Part shown: piece by piece, positions 59,615 to 64,000 of the stretch
How positions within the stretch are numbered: the stretch's first letter is position 1
Layout: each line of letters starts with the position of its first letter
From: Dudresnaya verticillata
Lineage: Eukaryota
Assembly (NCBI GenBank): GCA_977862235.1
Contig: OZ374557.1
Coordinates: 2,728,001 to 2,792,000 of the forward strand
Direction of reading: 5' to 3'
Length of the DNA: 64,000 nucleotides
Translations under genes and position numbers: made by a program
The notes under the pieces: generated by a model
The model's database searches: none
Seen by the model: only the letters and a program-made list of their open reading frames with translations
What the model was told of the DNA's origin: nothing

Positions 59615-62600
59615 TTAGCGGCGCGCCTTGCCTGCGCGTCGCAGAGGTCTTCCCTTAGCGGAGCTCTTGCGTTTTTGTTTCCAATAGCGGTAGATAAAGT
59701 TCTGCGGCAATTCCTCGGCGGGTTCGTAGCTGTCCTGATCCGGAGGGTAGCCGTACCAGCGGACTTTGTACGTCATCCCAGTCGGTTCGTCACGGTGACC
59801 GACAATCTTGTCGATCACATATTCCGTATCGGCTTGCAGTGGTTCCGTCTCGGAGGGAGTAGTACCTTCTGATTGAGGGACTACTGTAGTACCTTCTGGA
59901 TTTGGCACTACTTCTCCTTAGACGGTTGATGGCGTGACAGGCGGCACTATCAAGGGTGCCGGCTGAACCGCAACTCCGATCGGAACCTTCGTGATGCGAT
60001 CGATACTTACTGGGATCAATACCCCTTCCTTGCGGATTGTAACGACATGTTCCGTTGCGGATTCCACTTCGTAAGGCCCCGTGGCTCTCGGAAGGAGTTT
60101 CTTCATTTCTTGAGCCACCTCGCCCACATCATCCGGTTTGCCTTCCAATCGGTCCCGCTCACGGCGTTCGGCAGGCCGCAAGTTATGGGGCGGCCGGTCG
60201 ACATAGACTTGATCTCCGCTACGGATTATGGGCCTAAAGCGCACCTTACGGTCAAACAGAGCCTTGGCCTTTTGTTGAGCCACCATCTGATTAGTGCGCG
60301 CTGTCTGGAGCGCATACCGTAAACGGCGCATGGTGCTCCGCTTCTGTAGCACCGGGGTCATACGCCCTTCCGTAACGTTTTCTTGATGCTCGACAGGAGC
60401 CCCTCGTACAACAATATCCGATGGGTGGCGTGTCAGCACGAAATCAAATGGCGTTGTTTCCGTCATACGGTGTACCTGCATGTTGTACGCATATGTCAAC
60501 GGTTGCAGGTACAAATCCCAATCGGAGTGATGATCCTCAACGTAATGGCGCAAACGTTGGGCGATTGTCTTATTAAATCGCTCAGCTTGCCCATTTGTCT
60601 GCGGATGGTAGGCAGCGGTAAGCAGATGCCTGACTCCGAGTAGGGAACACACTGAGTCAAAGAACTTAGCAGTAAACTGCGGTCCGTTATCGGTTAGGAC
60701 AAATTGGGGTGCACCGTACGCATACACCCAAAAGTCCAGAAAGGCGTTAGCCACCACAACGGCTGTTGTTGTCCATAACGGAATACAGCGCGTCAGCTTA
60801 GAGAACCGATCGGTTATTACCAAAACGTAGACATAGCCCCGTTTTTTCTTCGGAAGTGGCCCGAGAATGTCGATAGCGACAAACTCCAAAGGTCCGCTAG
60901 CGGGGAAAAGTTTCATAAACCTTTGATTCCGAAAGCGGGTTCCCTTTGTCTTCACGCAGGAGCGACATGTCCGAACGGATTCAAATACATCGTTGGCCAT
61001 ATGAGGCCAGTAATAATCCTGCCGGAGTGTATAATACATCTTAATTCCGCCTGGGTGACCCGACATCAGGGTGTAGTGGGATAAATACAATACCCGTCCA
61101 CGGAGTTCGCTTGGCACCACCTTCTGCAGAGCACCATCTAATTGGGACTTGCGTACCAAGAATCCGTTACGGTCATAGTCAAACTGTGATCCACGGGAGC
61201 CTACCGTATCGGCTTTGAGACGACAGAAAGGGTCTCGGGCTTGCGCTTCAAGGAACTCCTCCCTGGTAATTGTCTCATCCTTAACGTCGGATTCTTGGAT
61301 TACAGTAAACCGTGACGGTATTGCGTCGGGCTTGTCGGGGGAGGCGGATGCACTCCCACAGGCGGGCTCCACGGCGCATATTACGTTATTTTCCGTAGCG
61401 GTTTCCTGTGATGTAGTCCAATCGGTTAAATAAACTCCATGCTCATATAATCCGTCGACGGTATTTTCGGCGACAAAGCAGGGTATCTCTTCATCCAAAG
61501 GTCTATTGTCACCGCCATCCGTTCGGAGTCGCGACATCCCATCGGCGAGTTGATGCTTAATTCCAGGACGGTATTGCACCTCGAATTCAAATTCCGATAG
61601 GCGGAGCCTTCACCTGGCTAGGCGGGCAGATGAGTCTGCGAGGTTCAGGATCCATCGCAGGGCATCGTGATCCGTTCGGAGAATAAACTTGTCACCGAAA
61701 AGGTAGGGTCGGAGTGTTAACATGCTCCAGACCACGGCTAAGCATTCCTTTTCGGTTGTCGTATAATTTTTCTCCGCATCGGTGAGGCTTCGGCTCCAGT
61801 ATCCAATAGGGAGGTGAGCGCCATTCGGTTGTTCCTGCAGAAGGACACAGCCGACTTGATGGTCACATGCGTCAGTGTCCAACGTATATTTATATCCGTG
61901 ACGGGGTAGAGCCAATATAGGTGGAGAGATAAGGCATCTCTTCAATTCCTCGAAGGCTTCATATTCCGTATCGGATAATATTCCAAACTCAAAGGATAAG
62001 CCCTTGCCGGTTTTCTTATTTAGCGGTGCTGAAATCCGAGCGAAGTTGGGTACAAAGCGACGATACACGTTGCACATTCCCAAGAAGGATCGCAATTCCG
62101 TTTGGTTAGTCGGCGGCTTCGCGACCTTAACGGATTGGATATTCCGATTATCCACTTCTAATTTTCCGGGACGGATAACATGCCCCAGGTATTGTACAGA
62201 CGCGTTGAAGAAGTCACACTTTGACAATTTCAACGTTACCCCAGCGGATCGTAAAAGTGTAAGGACTTCCTTCAGGTGGTGGAAATGTTCCGTAGCGGTT
62301 TTTGAGTAGACAATTACATCGTCTAGGTAGACGAGGGCGAATTGCCATTTAACCGTAGAAAGGATTATATCCACTGCCCGTTGGAAGGTTGCCGGTGCAT
62401 TTTCAATCCGAATGGCATTCTCCGAAAACGATATAAGCCAAAATGGCTAGTGAAGGCAGTTTTGTCCCTTTCCTCTTCCGGAATCTCGACTTGCCAATAT
62501 CCGCTATTGCAATCCAGGGTGGTAAATACAGTAGCTTCCCCAAGGGAATCTATGCACTCATCCATCCTGGGAAAGGGATATGAGTCCCTAACCGTTACGG

Positions 62601-63880
62601 AATTGAGCCTTCTATAGTCAACACAGAACCGCATGGTGCCGTCCTTTTTTGGAACGAAAACCACGGGGCTGGCCCACTCCGATGAGGCTGGTTCAATTAC
62701 CTTAGCGGAAAGCATGCGATCGATCTCTGTCTTTTCGAGATCTCGCTGCTTATGTCCGGCACGGTATGGGGCTTGATATACTGGCTTCGCTCCGGGAGTT
62801 AACTCGATGCGGTGCTTGGCAGCTGTAATGTTGCCAAGATCGCCACTCCACATCGACTTATATTCCTCGAATAGGGTTAAAATTCGTTTACGGAGCGATG
62901 CTTCTTCGGTGCCGATCTGGACTTGATCCTTCCAGTCGGTAGTATTTGTATTTTCCGTTATGGGTTTGCTTACTTCCTTGTCGTGAGGGGAGATGCTGCT
63001 GGCCTTTTCGGAGGTAGGGTTAGAATTAAATGATTGAATAATTCCTCCCCCCTTCTTAAATGGAGGTAAACCGTCAACGGTAAAAATAGCAGAAGGGGCA
63101 GCAGTAGAAAGGCCCACGACAGTACATTTGGGCAACCGTACCGGCTTGTTAGAAACATTAGAGACCCAGATCCAAAACGGTTTGTTAGGTACAACATCTA
63201 TAATACCATTAGCCATTAACGTAAGGTGCTTAAAAGCCGGCTTAGGATGATTTTGTAGAAAGCATAACCCACCCGTGGGGTATTAACCGTTACGGTGGTT
63301 TGAGTCGTAGGGGAATAAGGGTAGATCTTGCTAAACGAATTTTCTGAGAAACCGTAGCGGTGGATAGAGATGAGGGCTGTAGGGTTGCGGCGTTACCCGT
63401 CTTCGGATTTTTGGCTTGACCAACAAGGGGTACCAGTGGGTAATGATGAAAAACAACTTTCCGTAACGGAGGGAGGATTGCCTTCACGTAGCGGTCGATG
63501 AAGGTAGTTCCCAAAATACAGGGAGCCGCCAAGTTCGCGACCACTAGAAAATGGACGCGAGCACGGAGCTCTCCGATACGGACGAAAAGTTGGATCTGAC
63601 CAAGAGGGCGTATAGCGCGATTAGACGCATCCCGTAATGGAGGACTGGCTGCTGGGCGTATGAGTGGGAGCCATTGGCGCGGAAGGCGCCTGGCACTAAT
63701 GAGATTGGGCCCAGCGCCAGAGTCCAAGACGGAGATTAAAGGAAGCATCACGCTATCTGTCCGTCCCACGGTAATTTGCATCTTGTAATTTTGATGTTGC
63801 ATAAAGCAGATAGTATCATTGGTCTGATAAGCCAATGGGAGTTCCGTAACGGTATCTCGCCGATCCCCTGGCGGGTCCAC
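59615..63880 (-). pseudogene. pol: pol polyprotein: protease, RT, RNase H, integrase, chromodomain
   Basis: LDSGAG; YLDD; TDACD, EKECLA, RTDH; H..GHPG..CRSC; IDILG, TDNG, AERFN; GPY; chromodomain YVIDKIVGH...YKVRWYGY...SYEP. Stops at 61610 (W to TGA) and 59918, plus three single-base frameshifts. Confidence 0.92.
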
Positions 63881-64000
63881 ACTCGCGAGAGGTGGAACGC
63901 CGTGAGGCGGGGATGGCGGCGCCCTTACGCATCCCCCCTTGAGTTTTCCGAATTCAAGGTTGCACCAGTCGGATCCGCCTCCATGGGCTCGCGCAATTCT

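Larger units (their letters stand above)
57676..64000 (-). mobile_element. Chromodomain-bearing Ty3/Gypsy LTR retrotransposon family A, copy 2 (runs off the window)
   Basis: Domain order PR-RT-RH-IN-chromodomain, then PPT and LTR. Confidence 0.93.

Noticed and set aside
2586..61612. Alternative genetic code or programmed read-through explaining the many in-frame stops
   Set aside because: All three stop codons are involved, positions differ between the two transposases, at least one replaces a conserved Trp (61610), and the host genes are uninterrupted. Ordinary decay is simpler.
1..64000. tRNA/rRNA genes and spliceosomal introns
   Set aside because: None recognised by eye. Small introns explaining individual frameshifts cannot be excluded without RNA-seq.

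Overview
Eukaryotic, intron-poor, transposon-dense window. It is most consistent with a florideophyte red alga, but that is an inference from gene content and style. The left half (1-34.7 kb) holds two divergent KDZ/Zisupton-type (SWIM + CxC + DDE-type) transposase genes, each lying head-to-head with a superfamily-1 helicase gene (Pif1-like at 0.1-1.5 kb; Sen1/Upf1-like at 18.3-22.4 kb). The first block also carries a Ulp1/SUMO protease, an unknown ~567-aa ORF and a private palindrome, GGATGCA(N)TGCATCC, which occurs both dispersed and as a ~9-unit tandem array. Between the two blocks are a disrupted egghead-type GT2 glycosyltransferase and a remnant of a beta-class amino-DNA methyltransferase. 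The right half has four intact host genes (GRAM-VASt lipid-transfer protein, GARP/MYB transcription factor, SLC4 anion transporter, WD40 protein). It also has two copies of one Ty3/Gypsy family (one with a chromodomain; the other a chimera with a sister family carrying a long antisense ORF) and a Helitron Rep fragment. All family calls come from motifs read by eye; no searches were run. Several frameshifts fall in homopolymer runs and may be assembly errors.
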